A stretch of DNA of 64,000 nucleotides from Dehalococcoidia bacterium (GCA_965116605.1 OZ220697.1:10956-74955); one strand, 5' to 3'; positions 38,839-49,430 are shown, numbered from the stretch's first letter. The notes: generated by a model not told the origin, from the letters alone. Numbers and translations are program-made.

Positions 38839-39599
38839 ATGGGCATGCTCGACGGCAAGGTAGCGGTGGTCACCGGTGGTACCTACGGTATCGGGAGGGC
38901 GGTCGTGGAGCGCGCCGCCGCCGAGGGTGCCAGGATCGTGATCGGCGCCCGCGACCCTGAGCGTGGTGCCGAGACCGTCAGGGCCGCCGAGGCGGCGGGG
39001 GACAGGCCACGTTCATACCCACCGATGTCGCAGACCCGGACCAGGTTGAGGCGTTGATAGACGGTGCGGTTGCCGCCTACGGGCGCCTTGATCTCGCCTG
39101 CAACGGCGCTGGCATAGAGGGCGAGCGAAAGCTGGTCCACGAGGTGACGGAAGAGGACTGGGAATCGGTGATGGCCCTCAACCTTCGAGGGGCGTTCGTT
39201 TGCCTCAAGCTTGAGATCCAGCAGATGCTCAGGCAGGGTGCCGGAAGCATCGTCAACGTCTCCAGCGCCAATGGCCTCATCGGGACCCCAAGGTTCGCCG
39301 CCTACACGGCGAGCAAGCACGGCCTGATCGGCCTGACCAGGGCGGCGGCCCTCGAGTACTCGGACAAGGGCATCCGGGTCAACGCGGTCTGCCCGGGCGG
39401 TGTCGACACGCCGATGTTTGAGCGACTCTACGGTCCCGCCGACACTGATGCCCGGGCGAAGGCTACGGGCGCCCACCCGACAGGTCGAATAGGCCGGCCG
39501 GAGGAGATCGCGGGGGCGGTCGTGTTCCTCTGGTCGGACAGGGCCTCATACGTGACGGGGTCCTGCCTCACCCTGGACGGAGGTCTTACGGCAAGCTGA
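38839..39599 (+). pseudogene. Short-chain dehydrogenase/reductase with a single frameshift
   Basis: TGGTYGIG half and NGAG/YTASK half lie in different frames; adding one G to the G5 run at 38997-39001 joins them (..AAGGQATFIPTDV..). Confidence 0.85.
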
Positions 39600-39618
39600 C
39601 CGGGCGGGGTCCCGCCCC

Positions 39619-40533
39619 TCAGGGCCTGTTGCGGCGATCGTGGAACAGGTAGTGATTGGCCCAGCCGGCGTAGCGGCCGAATCGCTCCTGTCCCCACTGC
39701 CTTAGTCGGTCGCGCGCGATGATGGCGCCGTCCCTGCGTCTGCCCGGCCTGGGCCGCCCGGGGCCGGCCCGGCGCATGAGCCTGCGCCGAAATGCACGGA
39801 TCTCCAGCGGGTAGATCTCCTCCAGCGCTCTGTGGACCCACACGTCGACCGGGAACGCGCCGGGCTTGTCCATCGAGAACAGGAGGGCGCAGTTGGCCAC
39901 CTTGTCCCCAACGCCGGGGACGTCGAGCAGCCGGTCGAGAGCCTCCTCGTAGGCGGTCTCCCTCAGGGCCCAGGGGCTGACTCGCCCCTCGGCCACGGCG
40001 ACGGCCGCCTGATGGAGGTACTCGGCGCGGTACCCGAGCTTGAGCCGCCTGAGCGGGGCAGGTCCGGCCGAGGCCAGCTGCTCCGGTGAGGGGAATGCGT
40101 GCCGGGAATGTCCGCGGGCCCCGATAGGGTCGCCGCAGAGTCTTGCGATGGCCTCGATATTGGACTGTATGCGCGGCAGGTTCGAGTTCGACGAGCATAT
40201 GAACGAGGCCAGGCACTCCCAGGGGTCCTGCCGCAGCACCCTCATGCCCCGGTAGCGGGCTATTGATGCGCTGACCACCTCGTCGGTCCCTATCGATTCG
40301 TAGATCGCCTCCAGATCTTCGTCCAGGGCCAGGTAGTCGGCCAGAATGGGCAGCACCTGCGGCTCGGGCACCGGCTCGCTGAGGAATTCGAGGCCGCCGG
40401 GGGCCATCCTGAGCGAGACGACCGAGGAGCCTAGCACTCCTTCGAACCACGCGCCCCGCCTCCGCCAGCGAAACGCCTGTCCGCTCTCGAGCGTGGCCTC
40501 CAGGTCCAGCGGACCCGCAAGGTGAATGATCAC
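39619..40533 (-). CDS. 8-oxoguanine DNA glycosylase/AP lyase (OGG1-like, HhH-GPD)
   Basis: TLESGQAFRW, LRQDPWECLASFICSSN, PGVGDKVANC, PVDVW, YAGWA. Confidence 0.92.
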   Translation of the reverse strand: MIIHLAGPLDLEATLESGQAFRWRRRGAWFEGVLGSSVVSLRMAPGGLEFLSEPVPEPQVLPILADYLALDEDLEAIYESIGTDEVVSASIARYRGMRVLRQDPWECLASFICSSNSNLPRIQSNIEAIARLCGDPIGARGHSRHAFPSPEQLASAGPAPLRRLKLGYRAEYLHQAAVAVAEGRVSPWALRETAYEEALDRLLDVPGVGDKVANCALLFSMDKPGAFPVDVWVHRALEEIYPLEIRAFRRRLMRRAGPGRPRPGRRRDGAIIARDRLRQWGQERFGRYAGWANHYLFHDRRNRP

Positions 40534-40545
40534 CCGGCGGCCGGC

Positions 40546-43434
40546 TCAGCCCCCGGCGCCCAGGAACGCGCCGATTGCGCGGGGCACGTCGGCGAGCGGC
40601 ATGCGGGAGAGGGTCGCCGGGGGCAGAGAACGGGCGAATGACTTGCCGTAGCCCTTGGAGATGATCCGCCGGTCGAGGATGACCGCAACGCCCCTGTCAG
40701 AGCTCGTCCGGATCAGGCGGCCGAATCCCTGCCGGAGCCGCAGGATGGCCTCCGGCAGGGAATACTGGCGGAATGGGTCCTCGAACATCTCCGAGCGTGC
40801 GGAGACGATGGGATCGGTGGGCACCGCAAAGGGCAGGCGCGCTACCAGCAGGACCTTGAGGGAATCGCCGGGCAGATCCACGCCCTCCCAGAAGCTGGCG
40901 GTGCCGAGGATAACCGAGCGCGGATTTTCCATAAAGTCGGCGACGATCCGGTGCGGAGTGCCGTCCGCTCCCTGCGCCAGCACGGAGATGTCGTGCGGCA
41001 TCAGGGATGGGCGGACCGCCTTGGCGGCCTGCTGAAGCGATGCGTAGGACGTAAAGAGCACCATGGTGTGCCCCCCGGCGGCCACCGCCGCGTCTACCAC
41101 GGCCTGTTCCAGCACGCCCTGGTAGGCCCACGACGACGGCTCCGGCAGATCGTCCGGCAGGCAGATGAGCGCTGCGTTCGGGTAGTCGAAGGGCGAGCCG
41201 ACCAGGAGCTGTTGGGCGTGGTCGAACCCCGTGCGGTCTACGAGGTGGCCAAAGCTCCCTTCCGCGGCGAGGGTGGCGCTGGTCATGACGACGGCACCGG
41301 TGCGCGAATAGACCATCTCCTCCAGTTTGTCGCCGACACTCAGCGGGGCGGCGTGCAACCCGATGTGCGGCGGTCGCCTGCCCATCTGGGACGATCTCGA
41401 GACCCAGTAGACGCTTTCGCTCTGCGGCTGTGGGACGAACTCGGCGAGCCGAAGGCGTAACTGTTCGTTCTCCCGGCCCATCTCGGCCGCGTCCACCATC
41501 AGGCCCGTGTAGCCCGGGAGGTTCGCCTCGTCCATATCCTCCATCGCGATGTTCAGGCGCGAGAGGGCATCGGAGAGTTTGGCCAGTAGCAGGTCGGTGC
41601 GCTCCCACGTGGCCTCGAGGCCGGACCATGCCGGCTGGGCACGTGTGGCCCGCGTCACCCGGAGTTCCCTTCTCGGTCTATCCCCTCCGCCGGATCCCTC
41701 GTCTGAAGACTCGGCTACGCTGGCCGCTTCGGTGAGCAGCCCGGCCAGAGACTCGCGGATCTGAGGACTCATGGCCGACACTTCCTCGGTGATCTTTTCG
41801 ACCGCCTGGCGCCGGCTGTCTGACACTGGCTCGGCCCTGACCATTTCCGCGGCGCGCGCCAGCAGGCCGCCCTGCCCGGAGATAGCCGCCACGTGTTCCT
41901 GAGAGCTGGCCTGGCCGACCTCAAATCCGAGCTGCCGCGTGGCCGACTCCTCTAGGTGATGCGCCTCGTCGACGATCAACAGGTCATGTTCCGGCAGGAT
42001 CGAGCCGTCTGTCGCAAGGTCGGCCATCAGCAGTGCGTGGTTGACGATTACCAGGTGAGCCGAGGAGGCCTGCTCCCGGGCCGATCTGAGAAAGCAGGTC
42101 CCGGCCACGCCGCTGCATCCGCCCGCCCCCTGGGCTGACAGTCGGTTCCAGGGCTCTGCGGCTGCGCGGTTGCCGAGGTTTAGCTCGGAGCGGTCCCCGG
42201 TCGCGGTGGAGCGCAGCCAGACCAGCAGCTTGGACAGCATCCGCGCTTCCGGCTCGGAGACGAACTCGCTGGCCCGCAGGCTCAGTAGCTTGCTGAGGCA
42301 CAGGTAGTTTGATCGTCCCTTGAGCTGTGTGGCCCGAAGCCTGGAAGCATCCAGACCCTTATCACCGGATCCCGCCATCGCCGTGATCGCCTCGGTGACG
42401 ATCGGCAGGTCCTTGCTGAGAAGTTGCTCCTGGAGGTTGATCGTGTTGGTGGAAACGACGACCCGGGCGTCGTTGCTCAGCGCGTAAAGCGCCGCCGGTA
42501 GCAGGTATGCGAGCGACTTGCCCACTCCGGTGCCCGCCTCGACTATGAGCCGACCCTCGCCTCCCGCAGCGTGGGCGTTGATGGTCTCAGCGACGGCCCG
42601 CGCCATCTGCACCTGCTCTTTCCTGTGCTCAAAGCCCTGCATAGACCGGTCCAGGGGTCCGCCCACTTCCAGGGCGGCCGCGACCGCGTCGGTGTCCACA
42701 GGCGTGGATTCTCTAGCCGGCCTCAGTGCCGGCGCCGAGTGGCTGCGCCGACGGATCGCCGCCATGTCGAAGCCGAGGGTGGGGCTATCGCCGGCCGCCG
42801 AGAGGTCCGCCGCGGCGGTCTCGGCAAGGCCCGCCATGGCGTAGGCGAGCCTGGAGTCGGATCGTCGCGCCGTTCTGTGGAGCTCTGCTAGCACGTCGAT
42901 CTCGAGCTCGGCGGCCTCGGCGATGAGACTTGCAAATACCCTGGCGGTCGCCGCCGCGTCATCCAGAGCACGGTGCGGCCTGTCGTGACCGACCCCGAGT
43001 TCGGAGGCCAGCTTGGACAGTGCGTATGACGAGGCCCCGGGGCGGATGACGAATGCGAGTTCCCACGTGTCGCAGGTCGGGTTTTTCAGGCTGAGGCCCG
43101 CCGCCGCGAGGAAGCCCAGGTCGAACCTTATGTTGTGGCCGACCACCGGGTCGGCACCGACAAAGTCGCTCAGGGAGTTGAGCGCCACGGACGGGGACGG
43201 CGCCGAGTCGACTTCGGCCTGAGTGATCCCCGTGTAGCCGACTATGAAATCGCTCAGCCGCCGTTTGGGATTGACGAAGGTTGAAAGGGTGTCGAGCGTC
43301 TCGTTCCCGCGGAACCGAACGGCCCCCACCTCGATTATGGCGTCCGATGAGGGCGAGAGCCCGGTTGTTTCAAGGTCGAGGGCGATCCACTGCTGCTGGA
43401 GGATCGGCTCGCTGGGCGTGAGCAGTTGCCTCAC
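40546..43434 (-). CDS. dinG: DEDDh exonuclease-DinG helicase fusion
   Basis: DLETTG/HN..FD/HRALDDA, EAGTGVGKS, DEAHH, SATL, FWEGVD, QGFGRLIR. Confidence 0.93.
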   Translation of the reverse strand: MRQLLTPSEPILQQQWIALDLETTGLSPSSDAIIEVGAVRFRGNETLDTLSTFVNPKRRLSDFIVGYTGITQAEVDSAPSPSVALNSLSDFVGADPVVGHNIRFDLGFLAAAGLSLKNPTCDTWELAFVIRPGASSYALSKLASELGVGHDRPHRALDDAAATARVFASLIAEAAELEIDVLAELHRTARRSDSRLAYAMAGLAETAAADLSAAGDSPTLGFDMAAIRRRSHSAPALRPARESTPVDTDAVAAALEVGGPLDRSMQGFEHRKEQVQMARAVAETINAHAAGGEGRLIVEAGTGVGKSLAYLLPAALYALSNDARVVVSTNTINLQEQLLSKDLPIVTEAITAMAGSGDKGLDASRLRATQLKGRSNYLCLSKLLSLRASEFVSEPEARMLSKLLVWLRSTATGDRSELNLGNRAAAEPWNRLSAQGAGGCSGVAGTCFLRSAREQASSAHLVIVNHALLMADLATDGSILPEHDLLIVDEAHHLEESATRQLGFEVGQASSQEHVAAISGQGGLLARAAEMVRAEPVSDSRRQAVEKITEEVSAMSPQIRESLAGLLTEAASVAESSDEGSGGGDRPRRELRVTRATRAQPAWSGLEATWERTDLLLAKLSDALSRLNIAMEDMDEANLPGYTGLMVDAAEMGRENEQLRLRLAEFVPQPQSESVYWVSRSSQMGRRPPHIGLHAAPLSVGDKLEEMVYSRTGAVVMTSATLAAEGSFGHLVDRTGFDHAQQLLVGSPFDYPNAALICLPDDLPEPSSWAYQGVLEQAVVDAAVAAGGHTMVLFTSYASLQQAAKAVRPSLMPHDISVLAQGADGTPHRIVADFMENPRSVILGTASFWEGVDLPGDSLKVLLVARLPFAVPTDPIVSARSEMFEDPFRQYSLPEAILRLRQGFGRLIRTSSDRGVAVILDRRIISKGYGKSFARSLPPATLSRMPLADVPRAIGAFLGAGG

Positions 43435-43513
43435 CCCGTTGCGGGCCTCGGGCTCTGTCTCGATCGTCCGTGGTCGGCTCTTGCGGGGCTCTTTCGCATG
43501 GGTCTGGACCAGT

Positions 43514-43930
43514 TTATCCGGCGAAGTGGGGCAGGGCCCAGCCGAACAGACCGGCGAACGCAAGTCCCATCGTCACCACGGCGGGCGCAGAGCGCCTCAG
43601 GAGCATGGCCGCCGGGGCCGAGACGAGCAGTGTGAAGCCCAGCAGGGCCGCTGTAAAGGCGAGATTGGGGCTGCCGAGTCCTCCTCCCGGAACCCCGCGC
43701 TCAAACGCCACGAGCACCAGGCCCGCGAGCGCGCCGATGGCCGCCCATGCCGGGTAGAAGGCCAGCACCACCATTACGAATCGCCTCGAGTTGCCGCCCC
43801 TCTCAACGAGCATCTGCACCTGGGGCGACCTGGGGTCGACGTAGGGCAGCAGTATGATCGCTCCTACGGCCACGAAGACGGAGGTCATCATCAGCCCCAT
43901 GAGGGCCCCTGCGATCACGCTGTCGGTCAC
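43514..43930 (-). CDS. Hypothetical four-helix membrane protein
   Basis: Four hydrophobic segments; GTGA overlap with the ispE stop. Confidence 0.65.
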   Translation of the reverse strand: MTDSVIAGALMGLMMTSVFVAVGAIILLPYVDPRSPQVQMLVERGGNSRRFVMVVLAFYPAWAAIGALAGLVLVAFERGVPGGGLGSPNLAFTAALLGFTLLVSAPAAMLLRRSAPAVVTMGLAFAGLFGWALPHFAG

Positions 43931-44808
43931 CCCGACCCTCCGGGCCACGGAACCGGGGGCGTCGGCGAGACTAGGTGCGAGCGCCAGCCGTGCCTGTGGG
44001 CGAGAAGGAGCTGGAGCGTGGATCCGACCTCACGCCGCGAGACCAGGGTGAACAGGGATGGGCCCGCTCCGCACAGGTGGATCTCGGTGGCACCCATCGA
44101 TGCGAGGGTCTCGCGGTAGCGAGCAAGTCCGGGGTATGCCCGGTCGGCCTCGGCGTCGAAGCGGTTGTAGAGAAACTGCGCCGGCACATCACCTCCTCCC
44201 CTGATCCGGGCCTCCAGCTTTCTCGTGAGGGCGCCCCGGTCAGAGCCGCCTCCCGAGAGCATTGAGAACATGGAGGCCGTCTTGTTCTGCAGCTGGATAT
44301 CGGGGGTGACTATGAGCACGTGCCTTAGGTCGGCGGCAGGCAGGGGCCTGACTATCTCGCCGCGGCCCTGGATCATCGCCGTTCCGCCGTAGAGGAAAAA
44401 GGGCACATCCGAGCCCAGCTCGGCGGCGATCGGCGTCAGGTCCTGTGCCGACATGTCACTGTTCCACAGTCGGCTCAGGCCGATCAGCACCGCCGCCGCG
44501 TCGCTGCTGCCGCCGCCCAGGCCTGCGGCCTGGGGGATCTTCTTTGCAAGGCGTATCCTGACGCCGCCGCGGTGCCCGGTCTCGGCGCGAAGCCTCTCTG
44601 CGGCGCGGAGCGCCAGGTTGTCAGGGCCGGATAGGGCGGGGACATCGCATTCCAGGGACACCTCCTCGGCGTCCTCGAGTGTGATCTCGTCCTCCAGGTT
44701 CACCGCGACCAGGATGGATGCCAGATCGTGGTAGCCGTCCGACCGCTTACCCACCACCTCGAGCGTGAGGTTGATCTTGGCCGGCGCCGCAACGTGAACC
44801 TGACTCAC
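43927..44808 (-). CDS. ispE: 4-diphosphocytidyl-2-C-methyl-D-erythritol kinase
   Basis: APAKINLTL, GYH, AGLGGGSSDAAA, LGSDVPFF. Confidence 0.94.
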   Translation of the reverse strand: MSQVHVAAPAKINLTLEVVGKRSDGYHDLASILVAVNLEDEITLEDAEEVSLECDVPALSGPDNLALRAAERLRAETGHRGGVRIRLAKKIPQAAGLGGGSSDAAAVLIGLSRLWNSDMSAQDLTPIAAELGSDVPFFLYGGTAMIQGRGEIVRPLPAADLRHVLIVTPDIQLQNKTASMFSMLSGGGSDRGALTRKLEARIRGGGDVPAQFLYNRFDAEADRAYPGLARYRETLASMGATEIHLCGAGPSLFTLVSRREVGSTLQLLLAHRHGWRSHLVSPTPPVPWPGGSG

Positions 44809-45599
44809 AGCCCGGCCTCCCGTGCGGCCGTGTACAGGGAGCCCCACTCGGTGAGCGAAAGCGTTTGAGCCCGACGTCCGCCGTCGATGCCGGCGGCCTT
44901 AAGAAGGCCCTCGACCGTTTCGGTCTGCAGGATCAGACCGTGCCTGAGGGAGTTGCGAAGCTGTTTTCTGCGCGCGGCGAAGCCCGCCCTGACCATCCGT
45001 AGGAACCTCTCTTCGGAGTCGATGTCGAGAACCGGACCTGCGTGCGGGACAAGCGAGACGACCGCCGAATGCACCCTCGGGCTGGGCCTGAAGGCCGTGG
45101 GAGGAACGACAAACAGCCTGCGCGCGGAGGCCCGCAGCTGTACCTCGGCCGACAGGTAGGTCATTTCGCCGGGCACGGCGGTCATCGCCTCGGCGACCTC
45201 CCGCTGCACCATCACCACCATCAGCGATGGCCGGTGCCCTGCGGTGAGGAAGCGGCGAATGAGCGCCGAGGCGACGTTGTACGGCAGGTTGCCGACGACC
45301 TTGTAGGGTCGTTCGGGTCCGGGTATCTCCGCCATGTCGACCGTCAGGGCGTCGTCGTTGATGATGGTCACCGCGTCCTCGCGGGAGAATCGCTCGACCA
45401 ACGAACGGGCCAGCGCATCGTCCATCTCTACCGCGATCAGGCGGCCAGCCTCCTCGGCGATCAGGCCTGTAAGGGCGCCCCGGCCGGGACCTATCTCCAC
45501 CACGGTGTCCGCTTCCGAGAGCTTGAGGGCGGCTACGATCCTGCGGGCTGTGCCGCGGTGCCGCAGGAAGTTCTGGCCGAGCGAGCGTTTGGGACGCAA
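44805..45599 (-). CDS. rsmA: 16S rRNA dimethyladenosine transferase KsgA
   Basis: KRSLGQNFL, EIGPGRGALT, GNLPYN, MVQREVA, RRKQLRN; TTG start with AAGGA SD inferred. Confidence 0.95.
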   Translation of the reverse strand: MRPKRSLGQNFLRHRGTARRIVAALKLSEADTVVEIGPGRGALTGLIAEEAGRLIAVEMDDALARSLVERFSREDAVTIINDDALTVDMAEIPGPERPYKVVGNLPYNVASALIRRFLTAGHRPSLMVVMVQREVAEAMTAVPGEMTYLSAEVQLRASARRLFVVPPTAFRPSPRVHSAVVSLVPHAGPVLDIDSEERFLRMVRAGFAARRKQLRNSLRHGLILQTETVEGLLKAAGIDGGRRAQTLSLTEWGSLYTAAREAGL

Positions 45600-45673
45600 G
45601 GTCGTCCTTGGACTGGACGGCGATCGCGTCGGTTGCCGCGCAGTATCGCCGTTCTGGCGAAGATCTGTACTGC

Positions 45674-45942
45674 GGCCGTGCACCCCTTGTTCGATCTCCT
45701 CCCGAGACTTGACCTCCGGGGCCGGCTCAAGCCAGGTGGACCCACGGCACCCGAGAGACCCTGCTTACCGCTGCTTCCTTCCGGACCTGACGGGGTTCAC
45801 AGGCTCTCGCCGCGTGGGACCCGGCTCTCAGCACCGGCGTCCGTGGACAGTGGCCTTGGGAGGGGGACCTCCGAGGGGAATTCAGCCCCGCTGGAGCGGA
45901 TTGCGAGTAGAGGGCACCGCTAGCTCCCCGCCTAGCACGGCC
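45674..45942 (-). ncRNA. ffs: Large (Alu-domain-containing) bacterial SRP RNA
   Basis: Helix 8 core CCCGTCAGGTCCGGAAGGAAGCAGCGG; 5' GGCCGTGCTAGGCGGGGAGCTAGCGGTGCCC Alu part; ends pair GGCCGTGC/GCACGGCC; -10 TACCAT 6 nt upstream. Confidence 0.95.
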
Positions 45943-46048
45943 AAGGCCATGGTAGGCAACCGGTCTGCTGAGCGCAACATCCACGGTCCCCCAAAGTCCG
46001 GGCTCGGGGGCGCAGGACCTCAGCGCGCCCGCGGGTCGACGAGGGTGG

Positions 46049-47887
46049 TTACCTGTCGACCTTGAGTATGCTCAGGAAGGCTTCCTGGGGAATCTCGACG
46101 CTCCCTACCTTCTTCATGCGCCTTTTGCCCTCGGCCTGCTTTTCGAGCAGCTTGCGCTTTCGGGTAACGTCGCCGCCGTAACACTTGGCCAGCACGTTCT
46201 TGCGCAGTGCCTTGACCGTCTCGCGCGCAAGGATCTTGTTCCCGATCGCGGCCTGTATGGGCACCTCGAACAGCTGACGGGGTATCAGGACCTTCAGGCG
46301 GGCCACGAGGTCCCGGCCCTGCTGGTAGGCGGTGTCGCGGTGGGCTATGACCGAGAGCGCATCGACGGGCTCGCCGCTTACGAGTATGTCCACCTTGACC
46401 AGCTTGCCCGGCCTGTAGTCCGCAAGCGAGTAGTCCATCGACGCGTACCCCTGCGTCCGGGACTTGAGCTGGTCCGCGAAGTCCACCAGCACCTCGGACA
46501 GGGGCACCGAGTACTCGAGCATCACCCTCTGGCCCTGCGCAACCGCCAGCCCCCCGCCGCCGGTGTCGCCACTCTGAACGTACTCCATTCGCCGCATGGT
46601 TCCGCGCCGTGCGGTCACCAGTTCCATCACGGGACCGATGTAGCTGTCCGGGACCAGGATGGTAAGGTCCAGCCACGGCTCCCTTACCTCGTCGATGGTC
46701 TGGGGTGTGGGCATGTCGGCAGGGTTGTCCACCTCAAGGACCGTGCCGTCCGTCAGGACGACGCGGTAGGCGACGCTCGGCGCGGTGGCGAGCAGCGACA
46801 ATCGGTATTCGCGCTCGAGCCGCTCCTGAACTATGTCCATGTGCAGAAGGCCCAGGAATCCACAGCGAAAGCCCGGTCCCAGAGCGACCGACTGCTCCGG
46901 CTCGTAGACCAGGGCGGCGTCGTTGAGCACCAGTCGCTCGAGTGCTTCGCGAAGGTCCGAATACTCCTCACCGTCGGCGGGGTACAGCCCGGCGAAGACC
47001 ATGGGCTTCATGGGTCTGTAGGTCTCCCAGGGCTCGGAGGCGCCGTTGGCGGCGACGGTGACGGTGTCGCCTACCGGGGCATCGCCCACGCGCTTGAACC
47101 CGGTGGCTATGTAGCCGACCTCTCCGGTCCTGAGGCCGTCGACCGGAGTCTCCTTGGGCGAAAAGACGCCGATCTCTAGGGACTCGCCCGTCGTTGACTT
47201 GCCCATCACCCTTATCCTGGCGCCGGACCGGACGGATCCCTCAAAGACCCTCACGTAGGCCATCACGCCCTTGTAGGGGTCGTACTTGGAGTCGAAGATC
47301 AGGGCCTTCAGGGGAGCTGAGGTTTCACCGGACGGGGGAGGCACCCGGTCGATTATGGCTTCGAGGAGGCCTCGCACGCCCTCCCCGGTCTTGCCGGAGG
47401 CGTAGATCACCTCGTCGGTGTCAAAGCCGAAGGTTTCGCACACCTCGCTTGCCACCCTCTCGGGCTCTGCCGCCGCCAGGTCCGTCTTGTTGATGACGGG
47501 GATGATCGACAGGTCCCTGTCGAGAGCCAGGTAGACGTTGGCAAGCGTCTGCGCCTGTATACCCTGGCTCGCGTCAACGACCAGGAGCGCACCCTCACAG
47601 GCCGCCAGCGAGCGAGAGACCTCGTAGGTGAAGTCGACGTGGCCGGGAGTGTCGATCAGGTTGAGCTGGTAGGTGCGACCGGAGTCCGATCTATAGGAGA
47701 GGCGGACCGCCTGCGCCTTGATCGTGATGCCCCGTTCCCGCTCCAGGTCCATCGTGTCCAGGTGCTGGTCAACGAGTTCCCTTGGGTCGACCGCACCGGT
47801 CTCGGCCAGCAGCCGGTCGGCCAGGGTCGACTTGCCGTGATCAATGTGGGCGATGATGCAGAAGTTGCGAATTGCCGAGGCGTCCAT
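46049..47887 (-). CDS. lepA: Elongation factor 4
   Basis: [45 protein letters not shown]. Confidence 0.98.
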   Translation of the reverse strand: MDASAIRNFCIIAHIDHGKSTLADRLLAETGAVDPRELVDQHLDTMDLERERGITIKAQAVRLSYRSDSGRTYQLNLIDTPGHVDFTYEVSRSLAACEGALLVVDASQGIQAQTLANVYLALDRDLSIIPVINKTDLAAAEPERVASEVCETFGFDTDEVIYASGKTGEGVRGLLEAIIDRVPPPSGETSAPLKALIFDSKYDPYKGVMAYVRVFEGSVRSGARIRVMGKSTTGESLEIGVFSPKETPVDGLRTGEVGYIATGFKRVGDAPVGDTVTVAANGASEPWETYRPMKPMVFAGLYPADGEEYSDLREALERLVLNDAALVYEPEQSVALGPGFRCGFLGLLHMDIVQERLEREYRLSLLATAPSVAYRVVLTDGTVLEVDNPADMPTPQTIDEVREPWLDLTILVPDSYIGPVMELVTARRGTMRRMEYVQSGDTGGGGLAVAQGQRVMLEYSVPLSEVLVDFADQLKSRTQGYASMDYSLADYRPGKLVKVDILVSGEPVDALSVIAHRDTAYQQGRDLVARLKVLIPRQLFEVPIQAAIGNKILARETVKALRKNVLAKCYGGDVTRKRKLLEKQAEGKRRMKKVGSVEIPQEAFLSILKVDR

Positions 47888-48060
47888 GCCATTTGAGTAT
47901 ATCAGCGCCGCGCCCGGCAGCATCCGCCTTCCGCCCCTTGGGCATGGGGCTTACGTTGCTGTACTGGGTGTCGGGGACGTGTGGTAGGATGCGCCTCGCC
48001 TTCGCGGGACAAGGTGCCCGGTCGGCCCGGAGATTCGAGACGATCCACAAGGAGGAGCAC

Positions 48061-48507
48061 ATGTCTGTGGTAAGGAGAGCGGAGGCGGTCTGGCACGGCG
48101 ACCTGATGTCGGGAAATGGAGAGGTTAGCGCGGCGAGCAGCGGGGCGTTTACCGGTCTGCCGGTGAGCTGGGCGGCTCGTTCAGACCAGCCCGGCGGTAA
48201 GACTAGCCCGGAGGAGCTGGTCGCGGCCGCCCACGCCAGCTGCTTTTGCATGGCGCTATCGGCGGGCCTGGGGGGTGCCGGGACGCCGCCTGAGCGCCTT
48301 TCCGTCAGCGCTGAGGTCACCTTTGCCCCCAAAGACGGTGGAGGCTTTTTCGTTAAGTCGAGCGCACTCAGGGTCGTCGGCAGGGTTCCCGGCATAGACC
48401 AGTCCAAGTTTGCAGAGGCGGCCGAAGGTGCCAAGGACGGATGTCCGATCTCCGGCGCCATGAAGGGCAATGTGGACCTCAGCGTGGAGGCATCGCTGGA
48501 GCAGTAG
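48061..48507 (+). CDS. osmC: OsmC-family peroxiredoxin
   Basis: AVWHG..GNG, SPEELVAAAHASCFCMAL, AKDGCPIS; SD AAGGAGG. Confidence 0.92.
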   Translation: MSVVRRAEAVWHGDLMSGNGEVSAASSGAFTGLPVSWAARSDQPGGKTSPEELVAAAHASCFCMALSAGLGGAGTPPERLSVSAEVTFAPKDGGGFFVKSSALRVVGRVPGIDQSKFAEAAEGAKDGCPISGAMKGNVDLSVEASLEQ

Positions 48508-48607
48508 CCGGGGCCTGTCGGTCCGGCACAAGATCACCCGGAGGTAGCCCTCAGACGGTCACAGGCCGCCGGGGCTGCCGGACGGGTCGGAGAGAGGGCC
48601 TTATCAC

Positions 48608-49186
48608 ATGAGTACTCAGGACGAATCCCAGGTCGCCTCACGCATAACGGGAGAGACCGTATACGAGGCGAAGTTCGATCCCAGACTGATCGGCTACAGC
48701 GCCTGGCTCGTCTCCCTGTTTCTTGCCGTCACCGTGGTAGGGGTGCTGCTCATACCCTTCTGGCTGGCGGTAAGCGGCTGGTACGGCCGCGAATTCCTGA
48801 GGCGCGTGTCCGCGAGAGTTACGACCCAGGCGGTTGAGATTCGCAAGGGGGTGTTCTTTCGCAAGGAGGCGACGATCCCGCTGAACAGGATCACCGACGT
48901 GCGCCTGCACGATGACCCGCTGATGCGCTTTTTCGGGCTGCGGGGCCTTAAGGTCGAGACGGCCGGACAGTCCGGTCCGTATGCCGGCAGCGAGGGAGAT
49001 CTTGTCGGGGTAATTGACGCCGTTGATATGCGCAACACCATCCTCCTTCAGCGCCAGCAGGCGCTCGATGACGGTGGAGAGTCCACCGCCCCGAAGGCGG
49101 CCCCGGAGGAATCAACGCACGTTCTCGCGGAGATCCGAGACATCCTGGCGCGGATAGAGCAGCGCATTCAATCGAGGGACGGTTAG
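48608..49186 (+). CDS. Membrane protein with bacterial PH domain (bPH_2/DUF304)
   Basis: N-terminal TM, G.FFRKE.TIPL.RITDV, PL.RFFGL..L.VETAG. Confidence 0.82.
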   Translation: MSTQDESQVASRITGETVYEAKFDPRLIGYSAWLVSLFLAVTVVGVLLIPFWLAVSGWYGREFLRRVSARVTTQAVEIRKGVFFRKEATIPLNRITDVRLHDDPLMRFFGLRGLKVETAGQSGPYAGSEGDLVGVIDAVDMRNTILLQRQQALDDGGESTAPKAAPEESTHVLAEIRDILARIEQRIQSRDG

Positions 49187-49430
49187 GGCCTGCCGTTTCC
49201 GATAGTGGCGCACGGGCGTAGGCCGCGCCCTGTGCGACTCCCGTAGCACCTCAGGGGTCGGTACCAAGGGTCTGGTAGAATCTGCTCGCATGCGGCCTGC
49301 GAGCCGCATCGGGGCGGCCTTCCTACCGTCCCGGTCACAACGCTTTCCCAACACATCTCGCCTCGAAGTCCAGGGCCCGGCAAGCCATGGACCGACGGAA
49401 TTCCGACCATGCCCCAGGAGGTAGAGACCG

